A DNA stretch of 24,026 nucleotides from a virus (taxonomy: Duplodnaviria > Caudoviricetes). Numbering within the stretch: position 1 is the first letter of the stretch; every line of letters starts with the position of its first letter. Location: the IMG/VR virus record IMGVR_UViG_3300022173_000071, positions 1 through 24,026 of that record, one strand, 5' to 3'. The notes under the pieces were generated by a model. That model was not told where the DNA came from and made no database searches. It saw only the letters and a list, made by a program, of their open reading frames with translations. The translations under genes were made by a program, and so were the position numbers. Below, piece by piece: positions 7,346-14,560 of this stretch.

Positions 7346-7398
7346 AGCGCTGAGACCGGCTAACGACCGGGCACCCACGTGCGAGACGTGGCAAGCGC
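7346..7398 (+). ncRNA. structured three-way-junction repeat element, copy 4
   Basis: AGCGCTGAGACCGGCTAACGACCGGGCACCCACGTGCGAGACGTGGCAAGCGC, 4 nt after the ATPase stop. Confidence 0.7.
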
Positions 7399-7407
7399 GC
7401 CATTGCT

Positions 7408-7438
7408 GTTGACACTGTCACCGACTAACGAATAGTTT
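7408..7438 (+). promoter_or_regulatory. sigma70-type promoter with palindromic operator (P2)
   Basis: GTTGACACTGTCACC 7408-7422; TTGACA 7409-7414, 18-nt spacer, TAGTTT 7433-7438. Confidence 0.7.
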
Positions 7439-7481
7439 CCCTGTCAGACCCTGAACCGATACTTGAACCAAGGAGAGAAAC

Positions 7482-8303
7482 ATGTCCAACGCATCTGTCA
7501 TTCGTCCCGGCCTGCTCGTTTCGCTGAAGTCCACCCTCCAGGGTGGTGTCGTCTACGAGCGCGTCGACATCAACACCGGCGAGAAGCTGCCCGATGGTGC
7601 CGAGGTCAGCGAGTGGAAGACCAAGCGCACGATCGAGGATCCGGTCGAGCACACCGCAGCGACCAAGGCTCGTGGCGCGGCACGCTCGCTCATCGTCAAG
7701 TGCTGCTCCACCACGTCGTTCGGTCTGCTCTGCCCGGAGGAGCAGGAGGGCGCGCTCGATGCAGCGGTCAAGGCTGCGCGCCAGGTCGTCGACAACTTCA
7801 ACGACAGCGCGAAGCACACGCGCATCGGCATCTTCGTCATCAAGGGTAAGGTCGCGAGCACCGATGCAGAAGCGGCGCGCGCCATCACCCAGGAGATCGC
7901 CGAGCTGACCATCGCGATGGACGCTGGCATCAAGGCGTTCGATCCCGACGCGATTCGCAAGGCGGCGAGCCGCGCGCGCGAGCTGTCGAGCATGCTCAGC
8001 GAAGAGAAGCAGGGCAAGATCAACGGCGCGATCGAGCAGGCTCGCAAGGCGGCGCGCACCATCGTCAAGCGCATCGAGACCGAGGGCGAGGATCGCTCGG
8101 TCGTGATGATGGACATCCAGCGCGGTCAGATCGAGAGCGCGCGCATCGCGTTCCTCGACATGTCCGGCGACTCGGATGTTGTCGGTGGTGAGCTGCCCTC
8201 CGTGCAGCAGCAGCGCTTCGCGGATCTCGACGTGAGCGACGTCGAGACGACCGCTCCGTCCAAGAACCGCCAGATGCGCCAGATGGAAATGGAGGTCGAG
8301 TAA
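7482..8303 (+). CDS. helical hypothetical protein (273 aa), probable partner of the AAA+ ATPase
   Basis: AAGGAG RBS; long Ala-rich helical ORF directly after the ATPase; loose DUF3150-like impression only. Confidence 0.85.
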   Translation: MSNASVIRPGLLVSLKSTLQGGVVYERVDINTGEKLPDGAEVSEWKTKRTIEDPVEHTAATKARGAARSLIVKCCSTTSFGLLCPEEQEGALDAAVKAARQVVDNFNDSAKHTRIGIFVIKGKVASTDAEAARAITQEIAELTIAMDAGIKAFDPDAIRKAASRARELSSMLSEEKQGKINGAIEQARKAARTIVKRIETEGEDRSVVMMDIQRGQIESARIAFLDMSGDSDVVGGELPSVQQQRFADLDVSDVETTAPSKNRQMRQMEMEVE

Positions 8304-8304
8304 C

Positions 8305-8640
8305 ATGCCCTGCGACACCCAGCTCGCGAGCGGTCAGACGCTCGAAGATCGCAACAACCAGGTCAAGGCAGCCTTGCGCAAGCTCGAAGCCGCGCTCAAG
8401 GGCGGCACGGTGCGGGTCAACATCGGTCCGAACGGCGCTGTCGCGTTCCAGGGCTGGAAGGACCGCGGCGACGTCAGCGACGTCTGCGCGTACCGTACGC
8501 TCACCGCTGAGGGCTCCTGGGAGCTTCGCCAGGCGGTTGTGAAGGCGGAGGCGATGACCGGACGCAAGGTCAACGCGAACGCCGTGGCGAGCGGCGAGCA
8601 CAGCCACGACGGCGGCGACACCTGGCACAAGGGTCACTGA
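8305..8640 (+). CDS. hypothetical protein (111 aa) with His-rich C-terminus HSHDGGDTWHKGH
   Basis: GGAGG RBS; 1-nt gap from the previous stop. Confidence 0.85.
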   Translation: MPCDTQLASGQTLEDRNNQVKAALRKLEAALKGGTVRVNIGPNGAVAFQGWKDRGDVSDVCAYRTLTAEGSWELRQAVVKAEAMTGRKVNANAVASGEHSHDGGDTWHKGH

Positions 8641-8645
8641 GACCC

Positions 8646-8698
8646 GTGCGTCGATTCCCGTTGAGCCGGGACACCCGCGAGCTGTCGCGGCGATGCAC
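8646..8698 (+). ncRNA. sequence-divergent three-way-junction element (putative copy 5)
   Basis: GTGCGTCG-ATT-CCCG(TTGAGC)CGGG-ACAC-CCGCGA(GCTG)TCGCGG-CGATGCAC; same hairpin-stem and linker lengths as copies 1-4; follows CTGAGACC at the stop codon. Confidence 0.55.
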
Positions 8699-8732
8699 CA
8701 CGCTGAAACCCTGAACCAAGGAGCATGAACCA

Positions 8733-8933
8733 GTGAAGATCAAGATCCCATTCGACGTACGCATCCCGGGACCCGAACACGAGATCCTCTCCTTCCCCTC
8801 CGACAAGAACAGTCGTGAGCACGAGATGGAGATGACCGACGCGCTCGAAAGGCTCGCGCGCGCGGAACGTCATCACGAGCTGCTCGGCAAGGCGATCTCC
8901 AATCTCCGCAGCATCCTCAAGGAGGCACTGTGA
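8733..8933 (+). CDS. hypothetical protein (66 aa)
   Basis: AAGGAG before GTG; GTGA overlap downstream. Confidence 0.7.
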   Translation: MKIKIPFDVRIPGPEHEILSFPSDKNSREHEMEMTDALERLARAERHHELLGKAISNLRSILKEAL

Positions 8934-9334
8934 TCCCGCTTGCACTCGACTGGGGTCTCCAACCACCGCCGACCACGCCGCTCGCGTGGGGCGCACGAGC
9001 GATCTACAAGCTCGGCAGCCACGAAGAGAAGTTCTTCGAGAACGGCAAGCGTCGCAAGAACCCGAAGACGGTCACCCGCGCGAGCATCGATCTGCTCTGG
9101 GATCGGCAGGGTTCATCACGCGATGAAGCATCGACCACCGAGAAGGATCAGAAAGCCCTCTTGCAGTGGGTCGACAACATCGGCCTGCCGGAGCTGCGCA
9201 AGCTCTGCGTCGCTAAGTACCTCAGCGGAAGCAGCGAGGACGAGGTCGAGTTCGCGAGCGACGGCTACGCGATCAAGGCGTCGCCGCGCGCGAGCTACGG
9301 CTACCTCTACCTCGTCGCGTGGGTGACACTGTGA
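8930..9334 (+). CDS. hypothetical protein (134 aa; C-terminal ASPRASYGYLYLVAW)
   Basis: AAGGAGG RBS; GTGA overlaps. Confidence 0.8.
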   Translation: MIPLALDWGLQPPPTTPLAWGARAIYKLGSHEEKFFENGKRRKNPKTVTRASIDLLWDRQGSSRDEASTTEKDQKALLQWVDNIGLPELRKLCVAKYLSGSSEDEVEFASDGYAIKASPRASYGYLYLVAWVTL

Positions 9335-9561
9335 AGACCGCAACGTCACGCCAGGTCACGGACGACGCGGAAGAAGTCGGGAAGAGGGACGCCGAGCACG
9401 GGAAGTGCGATCCAGATGGTGCCTGGCACAACTGGCGCTCAGTCAACAACCTGTGGAACAGCGACTCACCGGAGACGTCGGCGCAGGCATCCGCGGAGAT
9501 GCCGATCGCCTACAAGCTGTTCGTCACCACGTACCTCACTGCACAGGGATGGAGGCGCTGA
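9331..9561 (+). CDS. hypothetical protein (76 aa, MKTATSRQ...)
   Basis: GTGA overlap upstream, TGATG overlap downstream. Confidence 0.7.
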   Translation: MKTATSRQVTDDAEEVGKRDAEHGKCDPDGAWHNWRSVNNLWNSDSPETSAQASAEMPIAYKLFVTTYLTAQGWRR

Positions 9562-9779
9562 TGGCGACGCCACGCGAAGAGCGCCCGTTCAACACAGAGC
9601 GCAAGCTCCACGAGGTGGTGGAAATCACCCAGGACTGCGAGCTTGGCGAGAAGGCCGAGCGTGCCGTCGTGATCAATCTCGAAGGGAAGTACATGACGCT
9701 CCTGTTCCCGAATCGCGCGCTGAAGTATCACCGCGAGGTTCACACCGGAGCCGACTACCTCTACGTGAAGAAGGTGTAG
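9561..9779 (+). CDS. hypothetical protein (72 aa, MATPREER...)
   Basis: GGAGG RBS; TGATG overlap. Confidence 0.75.
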   Translation: MATPREERPFNTERKLHEVVEITQDCELGEKAERAVVINLEGKYMTLLFPNRALKYHREVHTGADYLYVKKV

Positions 9780-9781
9780 CG

Positions 9782-10126
9782 GTGGGCGACAAACCAAGAG
9801 CGCACACAGTCGAAGAGATGCGCGCCATGTTCATCACCCAGATGCAGTCTCTGGCGACGTACTGGGCCAAGACCGACCTGAACCGCCCGGAGTTCAAGCC
9901 GCTGATCGAGCGCGACGGCGAGACGCTGTACCGCATCGAGGGCTTCATGCACAGCGTGCTGGTGATGTTGGACGGCGGAGGCGCGCTACCCGCGTTCGAT
10001 GTGACTCCTTCGCCGCACGAGAGCGATGAAGCATTCCACCGCGCCAATGGCGAGAACTGGTGGGCTCGCGAGGTCATCAACGATTGCCAGCTCCACGATG
10101 AGTGGAATGCAATGAGGAGGAAGTAA
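9782..10126 (+). CDS. hypothetical protein (114 aa, MGDKPRAH...)
   Basis: AAGAAGG RBS before GTG 9782; protein-like C-terminal half of track ORF 9416-10126. Confidence 0.75.
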   Translation: MGDKPRAHTVEEMRAMFITQMQSLATYWAKTDLNRPEFKPLIERDGETLYRIEGFMHSVLVMLDGGGALPAFDVTPSPHESDEAFHRANGENWWAREVINDCQLHDEWNAMRRK

Positions 10127-10426
10127 ATGCCGATCCATCTCGTCATCACCACACCGCAAGAAGTGTTCGCGAGCGCGCTCGGCTCGGCGAGAGAGTTGAG
10201 TGAACGCATCATGAAGCTCGCCGACCTGAAGGCATCGCCGCTCATGCCGGGTGAGACAGCGGACGGGCGCCGACACCAGATCGCCAAGTTCGGCAAGGCG
10301 CTCGCGGAAGCGTTCCTCGTGATCGACAAGCTCATGGCGCAGGCTGCTGATGAGCTTCAAGCTGCGCACGGGCGCGACGTGACATCGGGTCCGACGAAGC
10401 CGCCCGACGACTCGAACGCGAACTAG
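10127..10426 (+). CDS. hypothetical protein (99 aa)
   Basis: GAGGAGG RBS; abuts the previous stop. Confidence 0.75.
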   Translation: MPIHLVITTPQEVFASALGSARELSERIMKLADLKASPLMPGETADGRRHQIAKFGKALAEAFLVIDKLMAQAADELQAAHGRDVTSGPTKPPDDSNAN

Positions 10427-10435
10427 GAGGATGCG

Positions 10436-10771
10436 ATGAGCAGAGAACGTCTCCAAGAGATTCTGGATCGCGTCGCGTGTCTCGACCGGCAATTCGTGCT
10501 GCACCAAGAAGGCGAGAACTTCACGGTGTGCGTGACGTACTGGGAGAACGATGTCGACACTGGCTTCCACGAGAAGCAAGAGAGCCGACGCTGGATCATC
10601 AAGCACAATGCTTGTGAAACGGAGGTCGTGGACACTGCGTTCGCGTGCGTGATGCGCAGCTACGACCACGTCGTGCAAGAGCACTTCACGTATGACGGTC
10701 ATCGCGTGTTCTCACCGCACTTCGATCTCAAGCAGCGCATCGAGATGGCTGCCGCGCACGCAGCACGCTAG
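10436..10771 (+). CDS. conserved phage hypothetical protein (111 aa; RRW...EVVDTAF...EHFTYDG..VFSPH)
   Basis: AGGAGGA RBS; motif pattern recalled from a widespread phage family. Confidence 0.85.
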   Translation: MSRERLQEILDRVACLDRQFVLHQEGENFTVCVTYWENDVDTGFHEKQESRRWIIKHNACETEVVDTAFACVMRSYDHVVQEHFTYDGHRVFSPHFDLKQRIEMAAAHAAR

Positions 10772-10802
10772 CTCGCGCAGAGATCGCGTCGTGTCGTAAT
10801 GG

Positions 10803-10837
10803 TTACTGTTGACATCGTCAACAGTAAGCCTTATGCT
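10803..10837 (+). promoter_or_regulatory. sigma70-type promoter inside an extended palindrome (P3)
   Basis: TTACTGTTGAC-ATC-GTCAACAGTAA perfect 11-bp inverted repeat 10803-10827; TTGACA 10809-10814, 17-nt spacer, TATGCT 10832-10837. Confidence 0.85.
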
Positions 10838-10874
10838 GCTACGCCCTGAACCACACCTGAACCCGGAGGACAAC

Positions 10875-11270
10875 ATGAAGAAGCTCACGAAGACGCAGGA
10901 GAAGGAGAAGGCCGACCTCAGCTCGGAGCTGTTCGATGCTCATGCTGAAGTCGAAGCGGCCATCAACAAGTTCAACGCGGCGCTCGATGCTGCGAAGGAG
11001 GAGGTCGAGACCGCGGTGAACGCGTACAACGAGAAGCTCTCCGGCGCTCGCACGTTCTGTGAGCAGCTCGTCTCCGACATGGAGAACTACGAGGGCGAGC
11101 GCTCGGACAAGTGGTTGGAGAGCGATGCCGCCTCCGCGTTCCAGGACTGGAAGTCCGAGTGGGAGCAGATCGAGCTGGACGACTTCGAGGTCGAGTTCCC
11201 GGAGCCGCTGGAGGTGCCGGAGAACCCGCAGGAGGCTCTCGACGCGCTGCCCGACGAGGCATCGTCGTGA
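10875..11270 (+). CDS. helical protein with acidic C-terminal half (131 aa, MKKLTKTQ...)
   Basis: GGAGGA RBS before ATG 10875; YEGERSDKWLESD...DW motif. Confidence 0.85.
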   Translation: MKKLTKTQEKEKADLSSELFDAHAEVEAAINKFNAALDAAKEEVETAVNAYNEKLSGARTFCEQLVSDMENYEGERSDKWLESDAASAFQDWKSEWEQIELDDFEVEFPEPLEVPENPQEALDALPDEASS

Positions 11271-11590
11271 CGCGAGACGAGCACTACAAGCGGCTCAACT
11301 CGTACCGCAACTCTCGCGAGTACATCGCGTACGCGCGCAAGATCGGTATCGACACGACCGAGACCGTCGCAGAGTACAAGAAGACCGGCGAGCTGCCGTC
11401 TCTGCTCGGCGTGCGTTGGTCGATCGACGAGCGCATCTACAACGAGTTCCTGAACATGCTGCCGCCGATGAACTGGCGTGGCAGCTCGTTCATGATGCGC
11501 GAGTTCGTCTTCGGCACCATCACCACCAAGTATTCGCACGTCGGTGATCGCGCCTACTGCGAGTTCGTCGATGCCAAGGAGTGCACGTGA
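11267..11590 (+). CDS. hypothetical protein with DUF1419-like C-terminal domain (107 aa)
   Basis: GTGA overlap; IDERIYNEFLNMLPP...FMMREF..GTIT pattern recalled from DUF1419. Confidence 0.7.
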   Translation: MTRDEHYKRLNSYRNSREYIAYARKIGIDTTETVAEYKKTGELPSLLGVRWSIDERIYNEFLNMLPPMNWRGSSFMMREFVFGTITTKYSHVGDRAYCEFVDAKECT

Positions 11591-11769
11591 AGAGACGCGG
11601 ACAGGTACTCGGGTTCGATGTCAAGACCACAGCTACGGGATGGATCGTCACCATCACACATCGCTCTGGCAAAGGCGGAATCGAACCCGTGGTCAGCGAG
11701 CACGCGAAGTTCGCTGGTGTGCTCGCGCACATCAACAGCATCGTCGACACCTGTGGAGTCGAGCGATGA
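11587..11769 (+). CDS. hypothetical protein (60 aa)
   Basis: AAGGAG RBS; GTGA and ATGA overlaps. Confidence 0.65.
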   Translation: MKRRGQVLGFDVKTTATGWIVTITHRSGKGGIEPVVSEHAKFAGVLAHINSIVDTCGVER

Positions 11770-11996
11770 GACGCCCGGCCATGACGAAAGCGCAGCGCGC
11801 TCACGCGAAGCAGCAGCGCGCGCTTCTCACCCTCCGCAAGAACGCGGTCCGCTGGGCCATCGCATCCGGCACGGACACCGATGGCGAAGTCGATGATGGT
11901 GACAAGCTCATCAACTCGCTCACCGACATGCAGATCGCTGCTGACCGGTACACCGAGACGCTCTCGCCGCGCGAGCGAAAGAAGCTGCTCAAGTGA
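11766..11996 (+). CDS. hypothetical protein (76 aa; alternative start 11781)
   Basis: ATGA and GTGA overlaps. Confidence 0.7.
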   Translation: MRRPAMTKAQRAHAKQQRALLTLRKNAVRWAIASGTDTDGEVDDGDKLINSLTDMQIAADRYTETLSPRERKKLLK

Positions 11997-12202
11997 AGAT
12001 CAACAACGCGATGTCGCTCCTGGAGCTGCATGGTCTCCTGCGCGCAGGGTCGCTCGAAATGAAGATCGACTTCGTCAACAGCGCCGCGTACTGGCGTGTG
12101 TCGCTGCAGCGGCTCGCCGATGCCAAGATGTGGATCGGTGTCGGTCGCAACATCGGCGAAGCACTGAAGGACGCGTACGGCAAGTACGAGCGAGGTGAGT
12201 GA
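11993..12202 (+). CDS. hypothetical protein (69 aa)
   Basis: GTGA overlaps on both sides. Confidence 0.7.
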   Translation: MKINNAMSLLELHGLLRAGSLEMKIDFVNSAAYWRVSLQRLADAKMWIGVGRNIGEALKDAYGKYERGE

Positions 12203-12636
12203 TGCAGTGGAACACCGACGAGGTCATGGTTGGCATCGCGATCGGCGGAACCGCAGGTCTGGCTCTCGGCTACGAGCTGCGCAAGCTCGTCGTCCGCTTC
12301 CAGACGTGGCGAGGCAAGAAGCCTGATCACATCACCAAGCGCGACCTCAAGAAGGCGTACCGTCACGACAAGGTCGTCGCGATCGTCGAGCACGAGAAGC
12401 CGCCGACGATTCCGCTCAAGCGCACCCGGCGCACCACGCCAGTCAACCACACGCAGGAGCAGCCGATCCCTGTGACCAACCCGGACCGCGAGGATGTCAT
12501 CGCGGCGCTCATGGGTTCTGGTTACAAGAAGGACGTCGCGATCAAGGCGGCCGATGCATGCTCGATGGAGGAGCGTGCACGCGGTCTGCAGCAGTGGACC
12601 ATCGCTGCATTCAAGAACGCGCACGGTGCGAAGTGA
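12199..12636 (+). CDS. membrane-anchored protein with RuvA C-terminal (domain III)-like domain
   Basis: N-terminal VMVGIAIGGTAGLALGYEL helix followed by basic residues; K/R/P-rich linker; C-terminal EDVIAALMGSGYKKDVAIKAA...LQQWTIAAFK fits the RuvA_C pattern (EAxxALxxLGYxxxEAxxA...LIRxAL). Confidence 0.75.
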   Translation: MMQWNTDEVMVGIAIGGTAGLALGYELRKLVVRFQTWRGKKPDHITKRDLKKAYRHDKVVAIVEHEKPPTIPLKRTRRTTPVNHTQEQPIPVTNPDREDVIAALMGSGYKKDVAIKAADACSMEERARGLQQWTIAAFKNAHGAK

Positions 12637-12863
12637 AGCGCACGTGGGGTCTCGGTTGCTGGAGCGTTGGCGGCAACGTCTGGAGCCTGTACTCCGCGGG
12701 CGAGATCGTCAGCGAGATCGTCAGGCTCACCGACGGGTTCCGCACATTCTTCCGCGGCAAGCTCGTGCGCGAGAAGCCCTACACCAACATCGGAAACGCG
12801 AGGCTCGCTGCAGAGCGGGCACTCAGGAAGGAACGCCATGACCAGACGACAGATCGAACGTGA
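12633..12863 (+). CDS. hypothetical protein (76 aa, MKRTWGLG...)
   Basis: GTGA overlap upstream; 26-nt overlap with the next gene. Confidence 0.6.
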   Translation: MKRTWGLGCWSVGGNVWSLYSAGEIVSEIVRLTDGFRTFFRGKLVREKPYTNIGNARLAAERALRKERHDQTTDRT

Positions 12864-13014
12864 AGCGAACCGTTCTGATTGCACGTGCGACCAGGTCTGC
12901 AATCGAGGACATCACCACCGCCTCTGCAAAGCGTGGCGAGCGAAGGTCATCACCATCAAGCGTTTCCTGAGCGGGTTCACCTCGCTCAAGCGCTTGGAGA
13001 AAGCTCTGCCATGA
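12838..13014 (+). CDS. small basic Cys/His protein (58 aa; CTCDQVC..GHHH.LC)
   Basis: AGGAAGGA RBS; ATGA overlap with ruvB. Confidence 0.65.
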   Translation: MTRRQIEREANRSDCTCDQVCNRGHHHRLCKAWRAKVITIKRFLSGFTSLKRLEKALP

Positions 13015-14003
13015 AGGACAACGACATCCGACCAGCATCGTTCGACGACTACGTCGGACAGCGCGACACCATCATGACGTTGCGTCGTGCAGTGATCGCA
13101 GCTCTCCACAACGATCGCGCGTGTGGTCACCTCCTGATCGCCGGCCTCCCCGGGTGTGGCAAGACCACGCTCGCGGCGATCGTCGCGACGGAGATGAAGA
13201 CCCGCCTGCACTCCGCGGTGTGCCAGGCGATCGAGCACAAGGGCGAGCTGACTGGGCTGCTCACTGGGCTCGGCAAGAACGATGTGCTGTTTCTCGATGA
13301 GCTGCATGGTCTCAAGCCCGCGATGCAGGAGCTGCTCTACACGGCGATGGAAGACGGACACGTCGACCTCAGCGCAGGCAAGAAGACCATCCGCCTGCCG
13401 CTGCAGCCGTTCACGCTCATCGGAGCCACGACGCGAGCGCATCTGCTCACCGGACCGTTGCGTGACCGCTTCGCGTACACGTTCAACCTCGGGCACTACT
13501 CGGTTCCCGACCTCGCCACCATTGCAGGCCGAACGATGCGCAAGCTCGACGTCCGCACCAATGCATTCGGCGAGAACATCGCTGATGCGATCGGTCGACG
13601 CAGCCGTGGTACACCACGCATCGCGAACCGCCTCGTGCGGGCGTGCCGCGACTTCATGCAGTCGGCCGGCGAGCAGGAGCTGACGCTGGAGACCGCGGAG
13701 GGCACGTTCCATGCTCTCGGTATCGACTCGCTCGGGCTCGATGCGAACGATCGCGCGTACCTCGCGTTGCTCTGTGAGCGCGTCGGCATGCCCTACGGTG
13801 TGACTGCCATCGCAGCTCAGCTCGGGCTGGAGCGTGGTGTCATCGAGGGTGTGATCGAGCCGCACCTGATGGAGACCGGACTCATCCGCCGCACACCGCA
13901 GGGACGCATGGCGATGCCGGCGGCGGTCGCACACCTGCAGTCGCATCAAGAGACGATGCACGACGCCGATCCAATCAACCAGGGCTGGGAGATCACGTCA
14001 TGA
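13011..14003 (+). CDS. ruvB: Holliday junction branch migration ATPase RuvB (330 aa)
   Basis: IRPASFDDYVGQ, Walker A GLPGCGKTT, Walker B LFLDELH, FTLIGATTR, LRDRF, SRGTPRIANRL, C-terminal winged helix IEPHL...RTPQGR. Confidence 0.95.
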   Translation: MKDNDIRPASFDDYVGQRDTIMTLRRAVIAALHNDRACGHLLIAGLPGCGKTTLAAIVATEMKTRLHSAVCQAIEHKGELTGLLTGLGKNDVLFLDELHGLKPAMQELLYTAMEDGHVDLSAGKKTIRLPLQPFTLIGATTRAHLLTGPLRDRFAYTFNLGHYSVPDLATIAGRTMRKLDVRTNAFGENIADAIGRRSRGTPRIANRLVRACRDFMQSAGEQELTLETAEGTFHALGIDSLGLDANDRAYLALLCERVGMPYGVTAIAAQLGLERGVIEGVIEPHLMETGLIRRTPQGRMAMPAAVAHLQSHQETMHDADPINQGWEITS

Positions 14004-14341
14004 AGCTCGATGCAGAGACCCTCCGCAAGCTCGCTCTCGCTGGAGCACGCACTCGGCTCAAGGAGCTGGAGTCCGAATCCGAGAAGCTGCGCGATGTGAT
14101 TCGTCAGCTCACCGGAGCGACGGTCCCACCCGATGGACGCAGGTCCGTGGCGAAAGCCATGAAGTCGAAGGCGCCGATGCGGCATGCGCCTGGTCGAACG
14201 CGGAAGAACCGCAAGTACACCGAGAAGTTCAAAGCTGCTGTCGTCAAGGAAGCCAACGAGGCCAACAACGCGTCGGCAGTCGGCAAGAAGCACAACGTGT
14301 CACCGAGCCTCGTCCGCCTCTGGGTCGACAAGGCGAAGTGA
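14000..14341 (+). CDS. coiled-coil plus C-terminal helix-turn-helix DNA-binding protein (113 aa)
   Basis: N-terminal heptads LKELESESEKLRDVIRQL, basic linker, RKYTEKFKAAVV...ASAVGKKHNVSPSLVRLWV (HTH_Tnp_1-like pattern). Confidence 0.8.
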   Translation: MKLDAETLRKLALAGARTRLKELESESEKLRDVIRQLTGATVPPDGRRSVAKAMKSKAPMRHAPGRTRKNRKYTEKFKAAVVKEANEANNASAVGKKHNVSPSLVRLWVDKAK

Positions 14342-14365
14342 CCTGAGCACCAAGAGGAGGAATTG

Positions 14366-14560
14366 ATGGCGAAGAAGGAAGATCAGCTCGACAAGGAGCT
14401 GAAGACGCTGCTGCGTCGTGTGTCTCTCATCCAAGGTGTGCGGGCCGGCAAGGTCGAGCTGCGCACCATTACCGTCAACCGCAAGGTGATGACGTGGACC
14501 GTTCGGGCGAAGCAGAGGAGCTACGTCCGCCGCATCGCACCGACAGGGTGGAAGCCGTGA
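14366..14560 (+). CDS. basic hypothetical protein (64 aa)
   Basis: GAGGAGG RBS. Confidence 0.75.
   Translation: MAKKEDQLDKELKTLLRRVSLIQGVRAGKVELRTITVNRKVMTWTVRAKQRSYVRRIAPTGWKP

Noticed and set aside
1714-7398. Repeat elements as a CRISPR array
   Set aside because: Copies are 1.2-3 kb apart, separated by whole genes; no regular spacers and no cas genes
7346-7398. Element as an intrinsic terminator or tRNA
   Set aside because: No U-tract on either strand; too short and lacks D/T-loop consensus and a cloverleaf
12199-12636. Full-length ruvA or ruvA pseudogene
   Set aside because: No OB-fold or HhH sequence in this or neighbouring frames; the ORF is intact with coupled start and stop, so no gene symbol was given
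14000-14341. IS3-family transposase OrfA / insertion sequence
   Set aside because: The HTH is C-terminal, no DDE OrfB follows, and no terminal inverted repeats are seen
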